From: Novosphingobium sp.
GTDB lineage: Bacteria; Pseudomonadota; Alphaproteobacteria; Sphingomonadales; Sphingomonadaceae
Direction: 5' to 3'
Assembly (NCBI GenBank): GCA_029247785.1
Contig: JAQWKP010000377.1
Span: 1 to 62,718, forward strand
Length of the DNA: 62,718 nucleotides
The notes beneath the pieces were generated by a model that saw nothing but the letters and a program-made list of their open reading frames with translations, did no database searches and was not told the DNA's origin. The translations under genes and the position numbers were made by a program. This document shows positions 19,408 to 29,192 of this stretch, one piece after another; position 1 is the first letter of the stretch; each line of letters opens with the position of its first letter.

Positions 19408-20258
19408 GAGTGGCGTCCGACAAATTCAAGCAGGGCAGGGGCGAGCAGGGGATAGAGATCAAACACCGAACCGCCCTTGCGGCCAGTGAACATGTCCATC
19501 CATTGCTCGTTCGACCAGGGTGAAGGAATGTGCGTTGCACCCGGAACCAATCGTGCAATCGCGTCCGAGACGGATGGTGGATGGACGTCGTCATTGCCTG
19601 CGACGATCAGTGTCGGGATGGAAATGGTTGAGAGATCTGCGTCTGGAACCCCGGCAAGCGACGCCTCGGGGCTGTAGTAAAAAGCCTCGTTCCAGCGCTT
19701 CATCTGCTCGGCAAATTGTGTCGGGTCTAGCGCCAGAAGCCGCTCTCGATTGCCGGGGTTGGCAGCAATCCGGTCGGCGAAGAATGGCGATTGCCCGACC
19801 GCTTCCATGCCGCCGGCTTCTGCGGCCATGATATAGGGCACATGATAGCTGAAACCGAGGAACTGGCAGCTGTATGGCCCTCCCGACGCGGACCAAAGCA
19901 GCAGCCCACGCGCAGTCTCAGGGTGGCGCAACGCGGAAAGAGCCGAGGTACGACAGCCCGCCGAACCACCCGCAATCCAGGCTGGTCCCAAGCCGAGGTG
20001 AGCGATCAGATCCGACAGATCATCCGCCCAGACCTCGGCCTCAACATCGCCGCCAAACCAGACGTCGGACCCGCCTGCATTGCGGCGATCCCAGGTCAGA
20101 ACGCAAGCTTCTTCCGCGAGCAAATCAGCCAGTGCCGCCACTGCCTCGCCAGCCTCGCGCCCGCCCGGGGTTAAGGTGATCAGTCGGCCCTGGCCGCGCA
20201 GCCAGTAACGCAGGCTGCAACCGTCACGAGTGACGAAATGGTGCTCGCTCGGCTTCAA
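19404..20258 (-). CDS. Alpha/beta hydrolase
   Basis: WDRRNAGGS, GGSAG nucleophile elbow, GND.VH; TTG start overlaps the GMC stop. Confidence 0.85.
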   Translation of the reverse strand: MKPSEHHFVTRDGCSLRYWLRGQGRLITLTPGGREAGEAVAALADLLAEEACVLTWDRRNAGGSDVWFGGDVEAEVWADDLSDLIAHLGLGPAWIAGGSAGCRTSALSALRHPETARGLLLWSASGGPYSCQFLGFSYHVPYIMAAEAGGMEAVGQSPFFADRIAANPGNRERLLALDPTQFAEQMKRWNEAFYYSPEASLAGVPDADLSTISIPTLIVAGNDDVHPPSVSDAIARLVPGATHIPSPWSNEQWMDMFTGRKGGSVFDLYPLLAPALLEFVGRHS

Positions 20259-21880
20259 CGGCGGTTGCCATGCACGAAATCGGCGCAGCGTTCGCCGATC
20301 ATGATGGCCGGCGCATTGGTGTTGGCCGACGGTAGCAGTGGAATGATAGAGCAGTCGGCGATGCGCACTCCATCGACTCCGTTCACCCTGAGTTGCGTAT
20401 CGACTACGGCTTCGGGGTCGTTGCCCATGCGGCAGGTGCCGACTGGATGCAGACCGGTTGCGCTGCAGGCGCGGAGTTGATTGTCCCATTCCTCATCGCT
20501 CTGGTGCGGATCGGGCGGAAAGGCCGTTGCCTTGATGTGCGGGGCCAAGGCAGGTGCCTCGAAGATGGTATTGGCGAATTTGAGGCCCTTGCGCATACGC
20601 TCAAGATCGGCGGGATCCTCGTAGATACGATAGTCGATCATCGGTCGGCTTGCGGGATCGGTATCTTGCAGCAGGATTTGTCCGCGGCTGTTGGGCGTCA
20701 TCAGATTGACGCCAATGGTGATACCGAAATTCTTCGCCGAATCGGGCACCGGGTTGTCCGCACCGAAATAGCCCTTGGCGTTGGCGTCGGCCCAGAATGG
20801 CAACATCTGATATTTGATATCGGGATACTGGAGATCGGGGTCCGAGCGGACATGCGCCATGGCATGGACAGCAGCTGTCGCCAGCCAGCCGCGCCGCGTG
20901 AACAGATATTTGAGCCCCTCACGCGCCAGGATCAGCGGGTTATTCCTGACGTTGTAGGTGGGTTCGTAGACCAACCGGGAATTAGGCAGGCTGGGATGCT
21001 CGTGCAGGTTCTTGCCAACCTGTTCGCGGGCAGCAACCACATCGATACCGCGTTCCTGCAAATGCGCTCCCGGGCCAACACCCGAGCGCATCAGCAGCGG
21101 CGGCGTCTGGATCGTGCCGCTCGACAGGATGACTTCGCCATTGACCCGAATATCGCGCGATTTGCCGTTGTAGGTGAAGCGCACGCCGACCGCGCGGTTG
21201 CTTTCGAACAGGATCTTGTCGACCATCGCGCCTGTGATGACCTGGAGGTTAGGGCGGCTCATCGCCGGCTTTAGAAAGCCTTCGGCCGCGCTGCACCGCT
21301 TGCCGTTACGCTGGGTTGCGTGGTTGACGAATGTGCCGTCGATATCACCGGCGCAATAGTCCTCGACCTCGCCCATGCCGACTTCCTTGCAGGCATCCAT
21401 GAATGAATAAGCGAGGGGGTGCATCGCTCGCAGTTGCGAGACCCCAAGCGGCCCGCCTTTCCCGTGCGAGGGGCCGTCCTCGCCGTCGAAATCTTCCGAC
21501 TTCTTGAAATAGGGCAGGACCTCGTCCCAGCTCCAGCCGGTGCAGCCCAGTTCCTTCGACCAATGGTCGTAGTCATAGGTCGTGCCGCGAATATAGACCA
21601 TGCCGTTGATCGCCGAGCCGCCGCCCAATCCTCTGCCCGCCGACCAAAACACACGTCGATCGTTTTGGGTCGCATCGGGTTCGGTGAAGTACATCCAGTT
21701 GGTTTCCTGGTTGGCGACGACCATTTGCAAGCCTGCAGGAACGTCCACCAACAGTCGGTCGTTGGCGTCGCCAATCTCCAGGAGCACTACGCGCTTGTCG
21801 GGGTCTTCGGACAGACGGGCGGCCATCACGCAGCCCGCGCTGCCGCCGCCGCAAACGACGTAGTCAGCTTCTTCGATCAT
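20255..21880 (-). CDS. GMC oxidoreductase (choline dehydrogenase-like)
   Basis: GGGSAG, GGGSAINGM, HPVGTCRMG, NTNAPAIMIGE. Confidence 0.95.
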   Translation of the reverse strand: MIEEADYVVCGGGSAGCVMAARLSEDPDKRVVLLEIGDANDRLLVDVPAGLQMVVANQETNWMYFTEPDATQNDRRVFWSAGRGLGGGSAINGMVYIRGTTYDYDHWSKELGCTGWSWDEVLPYFKKSEDFDGEDGPSHGKGGPLGVSQLRAMHPLAYSFMDACKEVGMGEVEDYCAGDIDGTFVNHATQRNGKRCSAAEGFLKPAMSRPNLQVITGAMVDKILFESNRAVGVRFTYNGKSRDIRVNGEVILSSGTIQTPPLLMRSGVGPGAHLQERGIDVVAAREQVGKNLHEHPSLPNSRLVYEPTYNVRNNPLILAREGLKYLFTRRGWLATAAVHAMAHVRSDPDLQYPDIKYQMLPFWADANAKGYFGADNPVPDSAKNFGITIGVNLMTPNSRGQILLQDTDPASRPMIDYRIYEDPADLERMRKGLKFANTIFEAPALAPHIKATAFPPDPHQSDEEWDNQLRACSATGLHPVGTCRMGNDPEAVVDTQLRVNGVDGVRIADCSIIPLLPSANTNAPAIMIGERCADFVHGNRR

Positions 21881-21914
21881 TTGTCTCTCTCCCAGAGATT
21901 ATCGTTCGGCGGCC

Positions 21915-23177
21915 TTATGGCTTGATACCCATCCGTTCGAGCCCATAGGCTTCGATCGCATTGCCTCGGAACAGCATGTGACGCTCCGTGTCGTTCAGCC
22001 CCGCGATGTCGGCCAACCCGTTCGCCACTTCGACGACATTGGGGAATGCGCATGCAGAATGCGGATAATCCACTTCCATCATGATCTGGCTCATGCCTAT
22101 CAAATCGCGGCTGAGCAGAGCCGTGTCATCGTCGAAGATACAGCCGTAAACATGGCCTTTGACGTAGGAACTGGGCGGGTTTGGCGTGCGCTGGTAGCCG
22201 TGCCCCTCCTTATCCCTTGCGGCCCAGACCTTGTCCGCGCGTCGAACAGCATAGGGCAGCCAGCCTATCTGCCCTTCGGAATAGGCGATCTTGAGGTTGG
22301 GAAAGCGCTCGAAGACCCCTGCCAGCAGGAAATCCAGCGCCGAAGTCATCGAATCAATGAACATGATGATCGAGGTCATCATGTAGGGCGCGTCTTCGGA
22401 GGTCGTCGGAATCTTGGGCGAGGAGCCAATATGCATGCTGAGATTGGTCCGCGTTTCATCGCAGGCCTGGAACAGTGGGTCCCACGCTCCGGTGTAGAGC
22501 GAGGGCAGATCCAGCTCATAGGGGTTCTCAAGGAACGACGCAGCAATCGCGCCTTTTGCTGCACAGCGCCGCACCTCCTCAGCGCAGAGCAGGGGATCCC
22601 ATAGCGGGAGAAGGATCAGCGGAATCAGCCGACCCTTGCCTTCGCCGCCGCACCAGTCATCGATCATCCAGTCATTATAGGCCTGGATGCAAGCGAGCCC
22701 GAGCTCCTTGTCAGGCTCGCGCAAATAGAGCTGTCCGCCAAAGCCAGACAGGGTGTTGCAGAAGCACATCGAGGCTTCGACGTGATTGCTGGTCATGTCT
22801 GCAAGCCGGGGCGCCTGTTGCCATGAGCCCGGATGGATTTCATCATAGGTCATGGGCCGGTGCTCGATCTTCTTTTCGTCGAAACCGACAGCATGGGTGA
22901 TCGGCGTGAGCATCCCGCCGCACGGCTTGCCGTCATAGATCCAGTAGTCGCCCTCCACACCGTCAGGATGGCCGAACTGGGTTCCGCCTTCGCGCGCATC
23001 CTTGGGCACGAGAATCTTGTCGCGCTTCACCTGGGGACCGCGATCCTTGAACTTTTGCGGCAGGCGCGTGCTCCACAGGTCAGGCGGTTCAGTGACGTGG
23101 TCGTCGACCGAAATGATCCAGGGCATGGTTTCCAGCGAAGTGTCCGATGCTTGCTTGGTCAGCGTCTCGGCGGTCAT
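21915..23177 (-). CDS. Amidohydrolase_2 family protein
   Basis: SVDDHV.EP, AYNDW, MHIGSS, SEGQIGW, DYPHS. Confidence 0.9.
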   Translation of the reverse strand: MTAETLTKQASDTSLETMPWIISVDDHVTEPPDLWSTRLPQKFKDRGPQVKRDKILVPKDAREGGTQFGHPDGVEGDYWIYDGKPCGGMLTPITHAVGFDEKKIEHRPMTYDEIHPGSWQQAPRLADMTSNHVEASMCFCNTLSGFGGQLYLREPDKELGLACIQAYNDWMIDDWCGGEGKGRLIPLILLPLWDPLLCAEEVRRCAAKGAIAASFLENPYELDLPSLYTGAWDPLFQACDETRTNLSMHIGSSPKIPTTSEDAPYMMTSIIMFIDSMTSALDFLLAGVFERFPNLKIAYSEGQIGWLPYAVRRADKVWAARDKEGHGYQRTPNPPSSYVKGHVYGCIFDDDTALLSRDLIGMSQIMMEVDYPHSACAFPNVVEVANGLADIAGLNDTERHMLFRGNAIEAYGLERMGIKP

Positions 23178-23247
23178 AATTTCTCTCTCCTTTTCGGCTC
23201 GGTCCTATCGTGAAGCAGAACTGCCGGTCTTATCCATTTGACTACGG

Positions 23248-24048
23248 TTATCCCCGGGCTGCTGCTTCCCGTTCCTGCAGAAATGCGATGACTGCACTGG
23301 CGACAAGCTCTGGCTGTTCAGGCAGGATAGCATGGCCGCAATGCGGAATCTCGGCATAGCTGGCCTGCTCACCCAACGCTTCGACTGAATTGAGGCCGGA
23401 CTGGCGCGGCGACATCGCATCTTCGAGCGGCTGGAGTATCATGATCGGTTTGTTCCCGGCGCGCCACCATTCCTCGGGATCGGTCTTGAGCGCTGAAGTG
23501 CTGACGATACTCGCTGCGGGCCACCAATCCTCGAGCCAGCAGCCCGGATCATTGCCGGGAGCGAAAAAGGCTGTGCTGAGCGCTGCACGTCGCTCATCCT
23601 CGCCCAACGTCTCGTCGTGGCAGCGGCCCATGGCCTGGATGACGTCGTCGGTTACCGGATATTTGCCAAGATCGTGGCCGCCGCAGGGCATGACCATGAC
23701 GCTGCGGATGAGCTCGGGATGAAAGCTGGCGGTTCCCCGAGCGACAATGTTGCCTAGCGCATGGCCAACGATATGGACTGGCCCTTCGCACAACTCCTCG
23801 ATCACCCCGGCGACGTCTTCGGCGATGTCATGCAAGGTGAAGTCACTTTCCGGACCGTGGCTGCGTCCCGCGCCGCGCATATGGATCGCGATGGAGCGGA
23901 AGCCTGCCTTGGAGAGGTCGTCTTGTAACATTGAAAAATCGCCTGCGCCGCGCATGGCCGAGGCGATCAGGACCACATCGGGGCCTTCGCCCGCGACAAT
24001 CGCTTCCATGGTGACGCCGCGTTCCGGGTCCTCGACGAGAATACTCAT
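23248..24048 (-). CDS. Alpha/beta hydrolase-fold protein with Ala at the nucleophile position
   Basis: RGAGRS, GHALG (normally GxSxG), CGHAILPE. Confidence 0.8.
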   Translation of the reverse strand: MSILVEDPERGVTMEAIVAGEGPDVVLIASAMRGAGDFSMLQDDLSKAGFRSIAIHMRGAGRSHGPESDFTLHDIAEDVAGVIEELCEGPVHIVGHALGNIVARGTASFHPELIRSVMVMPCGGHDLGKYPVTDDVIQAMGRCHDETLGEDERRAALSTAFFAPGNDPGCWLEDWWPAASIVSTSALKTDPEEWWRAGNKPIMILQPLEDAMSPRQSGLNSVEALGEQASYAEIPHCGHAILPEQPELVASAVIAFLQEREAAARG

Positions 24049-24060
24049 TTGTGTGTCTCC

Positions 24061-24858
24061 TCAGGGTTTGGCACCGCCGGTTGTGTGGGGAAAGCGGACC
24101 ATGGTTCCGCCATCGATCACGAGGCATTGGCCGGTCATATAAGAAGACATGTCCGACAGCAGGAACAGCAAGGGTCGGGCAAGTTCATGGGCGCGACCAA
24201 ACCGCTGGAGCGGAACGCCTTCGCCTTTGGCCATGGTGTCAAACATGGCGAGGGCTTCTTCCTCACTGCCGGGAAAATTTTCTGTCAGACGCGGAACGGC
24301 GGTAATGTCCGGCGCGATGGCATTTACGCGTACCCCAACTGGACCCCATTCGGCCGCCAGTGAGCGCGCGAGCGACATCACGCCAGCTTTGGCCATGCCA
24401 TAGGCGACCTGGTTGGAGGCCCCATAGATCCCGGACACCGATGCAACCATCGCGATAGCCCCGTCGCCCACGGCGAGCATATGCTTTCCCGCAGCTTGGC
24501 AGACATAGACATGCTGCATCAGGTTGAGGTCCATTTGTTGCTTCCAGTGGGCCGGGTCGTTGTCGATGAACTGACCCATCTGCACCAGGCCAACAACATT
24601 GGCGAGGCGAGTCAATCCGCCGAGTTTATCATGTGCTTCATCGACAATGGCCTTTGCGCCTTCGGGAGTGGTGACATCGCCGACGATCGCGTGGCCCCCG
24701 ATCTCATTCGCGACATTGCTTGCTCGATCCGCATCGATATCGGCTACGGCGACCTGGGCCCCAGCCTCATGCAGCAGATGCGCTGTCAGCCGCCCATGGC
24801 CATAGCCGCCGCCGACGACCAACGCCTTGTGGCCATCGAGCCCGAAAATGTCTTTCAT
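24061..24858 (-). CDS. SDR oxidoreductase
   Basis: GGGYGHG, YGMAK, TGQCLVIDGG; start may extend to GTG 24888. Confidence 0.9.
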   Translation of the reverse strand: MKDIFGLDGHKALVVGGGYGHGRLTAHLLHEAGAQVAVADIDADRASNVANEIGGHAIVGDVTTPEGAKAIVDEAHDKLGGLTRLANVVGLVQMGQFIDNDPAHWKQQMDLNLMQHVYVCQAAGKHMLAVGDGAIAMVASVSGIYGASNQVAYGMAKAGVMSLARSLAAEWGPVGVRVNAIAPDITAVPRLTENFPGSEEEALAMFDTMAKGEGVPLQRFGRAHELARPLLFLLSDMSSYMTGQCLVIDGGTMVRFPHTTGGAKP

Positions 24859-25037
24859 ATCCTCTCCCATGGGCCGATCATCGCTCACCCTAGTGCGATC
24901 AGGTGGATTACCAATCTTGACGCGTCGTGAGTCGTTGACTGGTGTCTATCATTGTGAATAGCTCTTCGAAATTGCAAACCTTTCAGGATGCATGGTCGCG
25001 CGGAAGATATTGCGATACGACCTGAGTGGAGACGAGA

Positions 25038-25931
25038 GTGAATGACATGGCAGCGAATATCGCAGGGCAGCGCCTGGGCAGAATCGGTGTGTGGTCTATC
25101 CAGTTTCGCTTCGCCGATCCGACTTTCATTGCCGAAGCAGCTGCAGAGGTTGAGGAGCTTGGCTACGGTGCGATCTGGTTTCCAGGCGGGCGAGGGGGAG
25201 ACCTCGACGCAGCCTTTCGCACTATCCTGGAGGCGACGAACGAGGTGGTTGTTGCCAGCGGCATTCTCAATATCTGGATGCATGAGCCCGAGGAAGTAGG
25301 CCAGTGGTGGCACGCCTATAGCGATGCTCAGAAGGCCAGGGTGATGCTGGGCCTGGGCGTCGGTCATGCCGATGCGATTGGTAATGCATGGAAGAAACCG
25401 TTGAGCAAGATGACGGCCTATCTCGATGGGCTCGATGCCGTCGGGGTTCCACACGAAAGTCGCTGCATCGCCGCGCTAGCTCCGAAGATGCTGGGTCTGG
25501 CCGCAACGCGCTCGGCAGGTTCGCATCCCTATCTCGTGCCGCCCGAGCATTCGGCGATTGCCCGCGAAACCATGGGTCCCGACGCATTGCTCGCGCCAGA
25601 GCAGGGCGTGATCCTCGACAGCGATCCCGCAAGCGCCCGGGCCAAGGCGCGTGAACAGCTTGAAGCCTATGTTGGCCGGGAAAATTATTGTAACAGCTGG
25701 AGGCGTCTCGGCTTCACTGATGATGACATCGCGACCAGGAGTGACCGCTTGGTTGATGCGATTTTTGCGTGGGGAACCCCCGAACAGATCGGCGAGCGCC
25801 TCAAGGCGCATCTCGATGCCGGTGCGGACCATGTTTGTCTGCAAGTGATATCGGGCGGGCCGGGCACGAATGATCCCGCGGAACTCAGGCGAAGCTGGCG
25901 CGATCTCGCACCGATAGCGGCGGGGCTCTGA
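25038..25931 (+). CDS. Luciferase-like (LLM) oxidoreductase, resembling the predicted F420-dependent MSMEG_4141-type family
   Basis: EELGYGAIW, SGILNIW, LGLGVGH, HPYLVPPEH, LAPEQ, GADHV. Confidence 0.85.
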   Translation: MNDMAANIAGQRLGRIGVWSIQFRFADPTFIAEAAAEVEELGYGAIWFPGGRGGDLDAAFRTILEATNEVVVASGILNIWMHEPEEVGQWWHAYSDAQKARVMLGLGVGHADAIGNAWKKPLSKMTAYLDGLDAVGVPHESRCIAALAPKMLGLAATRSAGSHPYLVPPEHSAIARETMGPDALLAPEQGVILDSDPASARAKAREQLEAYVGRENYCNSWRRLGFTDDDIATRSDRLVDAIFAWGTPEQIGERLKAHLDAGADHVCLQVISGGPGTNDPAELRRSWRDLAPIAAGL

Positions 25932-25955
25932 CGTGATAACGAGGGGAGAGATTTC

Positions 25956-27077
25956 ATGAAACCAGGCATGGTATTGCGGGGCGTATCGATGTGCGCTCTG
26001 GTGACAGCTTGCACTGCCGAGACCCCGCAGGGTCTGGTTGAACCGGACGAAGTGATCTGCGGCGTCGCGAATGTTGAAGACATGGTCGCGCTTCCAGACA
26101 GCCCTTGGATCATCGGCAGCGGCATTGGTGACAGTTTCTTCCAGTCCGGCGGGCTGCATTTGATCAATGAGGATGAGGCAAGTGCTGCCAAGCTCACTCT
26201 GGATCTGTCGGAGGGCCTGAAGCCGCGCGCACCGTTCGATCAATGCTCCGGTCCGCCGCCTGCTGATGCATTCTCAGCCCATGGCCTCAGTCTTGTCGCC
26301 AATGCCGATGGCACCTCAAATCTCTATGTCGTCAACCACGGCGGTAGGGAATCGATTGAGGTGTTTGAAGTCAGGCGGACCGAGGCCGAGCCGCAATTCA
26401 GCTGGATCGGCTGCGTGGCCACGCCGGACACCGCCACGTCAAATTCTGTATCGGCACGACCGGACGGTAGCATCGTGATGTCGGCTTCCGGAACCTATGA
26501 TGAGCCGGCACCAAGCTTCGCAGCGCTCGCCGAGATGGTCAAAAGTGGTGTGGAACTTCCCGAAATGGATGCCGAGGCGGCTTCGAGCACGCGCGGCGCG
26601 GTGTTCACCTGGACCCGCGACCAGGGCTGGATGAAAGTCCCCAACAGCGAGTTGAAAGGCAATAACGGCATTGAATTGTCGCGCGATGGCAAGTGGGCCT
26701 GGGTCAATTCGTGGCCCGGATCGAGCGTCACTTTTATGCCGCTTGATCCCGTGCTGGGCGAAAGCCGCGAGGTTAAGCTGGACTTCAAGCCCGATAACAT
26801 TCGCTGGTCTGCGGGCGGCAGTCTGGTCGCGACGGGCCACTTGGCGAGCATCGACCGAGTGGCGAAATGCGCGATGGGCGATCCAACCGCCTGTGAGATC
26901 GACTATATGGTTGCCGCGATTGACCCCGACAGTTTCGAGGTGAAGCCGCTGTTCCGCGGCAAAGGAACGCAGCAACTCGGTGCCGCGACGATAGCGCTCA
27001 AGACTGTCAAAAATCTGTGGATTGGTACAGTGCGCGGACAATGCATCGGCCGCGTGGCCTTGCAAGGCGGCGAATGA
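25956..27077 (+). CDS. Paraoxonase/SMP-30-like beta-propeller lactonase/arylesterase, probable lipoprotein
   Basis: Lipobox-like VTAC; EDM, F.AHGLS, LYVVNHGGRESIEVF, NNGI, PDNI. Confidence 0.8.
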   Translation: MKPGMVLRGVSMCALVTACTAETPQGLVEPDEVICGVANVEDMVALPDSPWIIGSGIGDSFFQSGGLHLINEDEASAAKLTLDLSEGLKPRAPFDQCSGPPPADAFSAHGLSLVANADGTSNLYVVNHGGRESIEVFEVRRTEAEPQFSWIGCVATPDTATSNSVSARPDGSIVMSASGTYDEPAPSFAALAEMVKSGVELPEMDAEAASSTRGAVFTWTRDQGWMKVPNSELKGNNGIELSRDGKWAWVNSWPGSSVTFMPLDPVLGESREVKLDFKPDNIRWSAGGSLVATGHLASIDRVAKCAMGDPTACEIDYMVAAIDPDSFEVKPLFRGKGTQQLGAATIALKTVKNLWIGTVRGQCIGRVALQGGE

Positions 27078-27105
27078 TCGCGATCAGCTAGCCAGGGAGA
27101 AAAAT

Positions 27106-28377
27106 ATGACGGTTTCAGCACCCGAATTGCCGCTTCGAACAGATCAGCCCTCGGGTCCGCGTCCACTCGACGGCGTGCGCGTGATCGACTTTACCCGTGT
27201 GTTGGCGGGGCCGTTCGGCACGCAAATCCTCGGCGATCTCGGGGCCGAGGTAATCAAGATCGAAAACCCGCTCGGCGGAGATGACACAAGGATGTTGTGG
27301 CCCGAACCGGGCTTTGGCGGCGAGACATCGTTCTTCATGTCGCTCAATCGCAGCAAGCGCAGTGTCGCGATCGATCTCAAGAGCGAGGCTGGCCTCGAAG
27401 TTGTGTTCGATCTTCTGGCTACGGCCGATGTGTTGGTCGAAAACTTCGCTGGCTCTGTGATGCCGCGATTTGGCCTTGACTATGACAGCCTGAAGGAGCG
27501 TTTCCCCCAACTGATCTATTGCTCTGTCTCGGGCTACGGGCGTTCAGGCAGCAATGCCAATGCCGCAGGCTATGACACACCGCTGAGCGCCGAGACGGGG
27601 AACATCGCTCTCAACGCCTATCAGGACGGCGAACCGGTCATGGGAGCAATCACCTATACAGACATAAGTACCGCGCTGAACTCGACGATCGGCGTGCTGG
27701 CAGCGCTTCATGCCCGGGACCGGACTGGGCGCGGACAGCATGTCGATGTCGCCATGTTCGATGCTGCTCTGGCTAACCTTTCCTTCTTGGGAGCTGGTTT
27801 TCTCGCCACAGGGCAGGAACCACGACTCAACACCCAGAGAACTGCTGGGCCATCGGGACTGTGGGAGACCGCCGACGGTCAGATTACCATTACCAGTGGC
27901 AACCCCAAGATGTTCGTCGCTTTCTGCGAACGCGTTGTCGAGAAGCCCGAATGGCTTAAGGATCCGCGCTTCGCGACCATGCAGGAGAGGATACAGACCC
28001 ATGCCGAGGCTTTCACCGCTGAACTTGCGCCGATCCTGAAAGCGCAAACCAGTGCCTACTGGTCTGAGCGGTGCAAGGGCGCGGGTGTTCCATGCGGTGT
28101 GCTTCGCTCCGCGGGAGAAGCATTGCTGTCTTCCGAGGCCAGCGAGCGTGGAATCGTCTTCAACCTTCCGCATCCGGTCGCAGGCCAGGCTCCAGTGATT
28201 GCTCAGCCCGTGCGATTCAGCGACACGCCCTGCCAATATGGCGTGCCCCCTGTTCTGGGTGAGCACACGAACGAAGTGCTGTCCGGGCTGCTTGGCTATT
28301 CGGAAGAGCGCATCGCTGAACTTGAGACAGAGAGCGCCATCGCCTGCGGGTCAGTGGATGCCGCGAAAGCAAAATAG
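27106..28377 (+). CDS. Family III CoA-transferase (CaiB/BaiF)
   Basis: PLDGVRVIDF..VLAGP, LGAEVIKIE, NRSKRS, catalytic Asp in YTD, PP.LGEHT. Confidence 0.93.
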   Translation: MTVSAPELPLRTDQPSGPRPLDGVRVIDFTRVLAGPFGTQILGDLGAEVIKIENPLGGDDTRMLWPEPGFGGETSFFMSLNRSKRSVAIDLKSEAGLEVVFDLLATADVLVENFAGSVMPRFGLDYDSLKERFPQLIYCSVSGYGRSGSNANAAGYDTPLSAETGNIALNAYQDGEPVMGAITYTDISTALNSTIGVLAALHARDRTGRGQHVDVAMFDAALANLSFLGAGFLATGQEPRLNTQRTAGPSGLWETADGQITITSGNPKMFVAFCERVVEKPEWLKDPRFATMQERIQTHAEAFTAELAPILKAQTSAYWSERCKGAGVPCGVLRSAGEALLSSEASERGIVFNLPHPVAGQAPVIAQPVRFSDTPCQYGVPPVLGEHTNEVLSGLLGYSEERIAELETESAIACGSVDAAKAK

Positions 28378-28389
28378 GGGAAGTCTGCA

Positions 28390-29157
28390 ATGCAATATCT
28401 TACGCCGGGAACGGCAATACTGGTCACCGGGGCGACCGGCGGTATCGGCTTCGAGGTAGCCCGACATGCAGCGGCGGACGGGGCCATTGTCGGAGTTCAC
28501 GGCTCGCGCCAGGAATCGGTCGATGCGGCCATCGCGCGCATTTCGGAACTGGTGCCCGATGCAAAGCTGATCGGTGCACCTGCGAATTTTCAGGAGGATG
28601 GCACGACCGGGCCGATGGTTGATAGATTTGCGGAAAGGGCGGGCAAGCTTGATGCTCTGGTCCATTGCGCGATCACCGGGGCAGCCGGGACCCAGGGACT
28701 GTTTCGTAAGACGCAACCTGAAGCCTATGCGAGAAATGCTGAGCTTGTGCTTGGTGTATTCCAGCAGCTGTCCTTCGCGGCCTATCACCATTTGGCCAAG
28801 CAAGAGAACGGTGGCACCATCGTCGCCTATATCTCCGATGCAGGGCGCTTTCCCGCCGCGCACCAGACGATGCTTGGTTCGGTATTTGGCGGGATCATCA
28901 GTTTCGTGCGCAATCTAGGCTTCGAGGGGGCTCGCGAGAAGGTTCGCGCTCATGTCATTTCACCGAGCTATGTCAAAGACACGCCGGTGTTCGAACGATT
29001 TGGCGTGGGCGGACGCGGTGAAACGGCGGAAAAGCGCGCAGGCCTTGGCCTGCCGTCCCCAAGTGACCTTGCCCCGCTGACGCTGTTCCTGTGCGGCCCC
29101 GATGCGACGAAGATGACCGGTCAGGTACTCAGTGTGAATGGTGGCCTGAATACTTGA
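28390..29157 (+). CDS. Atypical SDR lacking YxxxK
   Basis: TGATGGIG, SDAG, TGQVLSVNGG; LGSVF occupies the YxxxK position. Confidence 0.85.
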   Translation: MQYLTPGTAILVTGATGGIGFEVARHAAADGAIVGVHGSRQESVDAAIARISELVPDAKLIGAPANFQEDGTTGPMVDRFAERAGKLDALVHCAITGAAGTQGLFRKTQPEAYARNAELVLGVFQQLSFAAYHHLAKQENGGTIVAYISDAGRFPAAHQTMLGSVFGGIISFVRNLGFEGAREKVRAHVISPSYVKDTPVFERFGVGGRGETAEKRAGLGLPSPSDLAPLTLFLCGPDATKMTGQVLSVNGGLNT

Positions 29158-29192
29158 GCTTGCCAAGGCGGACTTTTGCCATGGTGCCGGGC

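Noticed and set aside
20393-21274. Long antisense or alternative-frame ORFs (e.g. 20393-21274, 37891-38568, 39026-39826, 50719-51507, 55393-56190)
   Set aside because: Shadow ORFs expected opposite high-GC coding genes; no motifs
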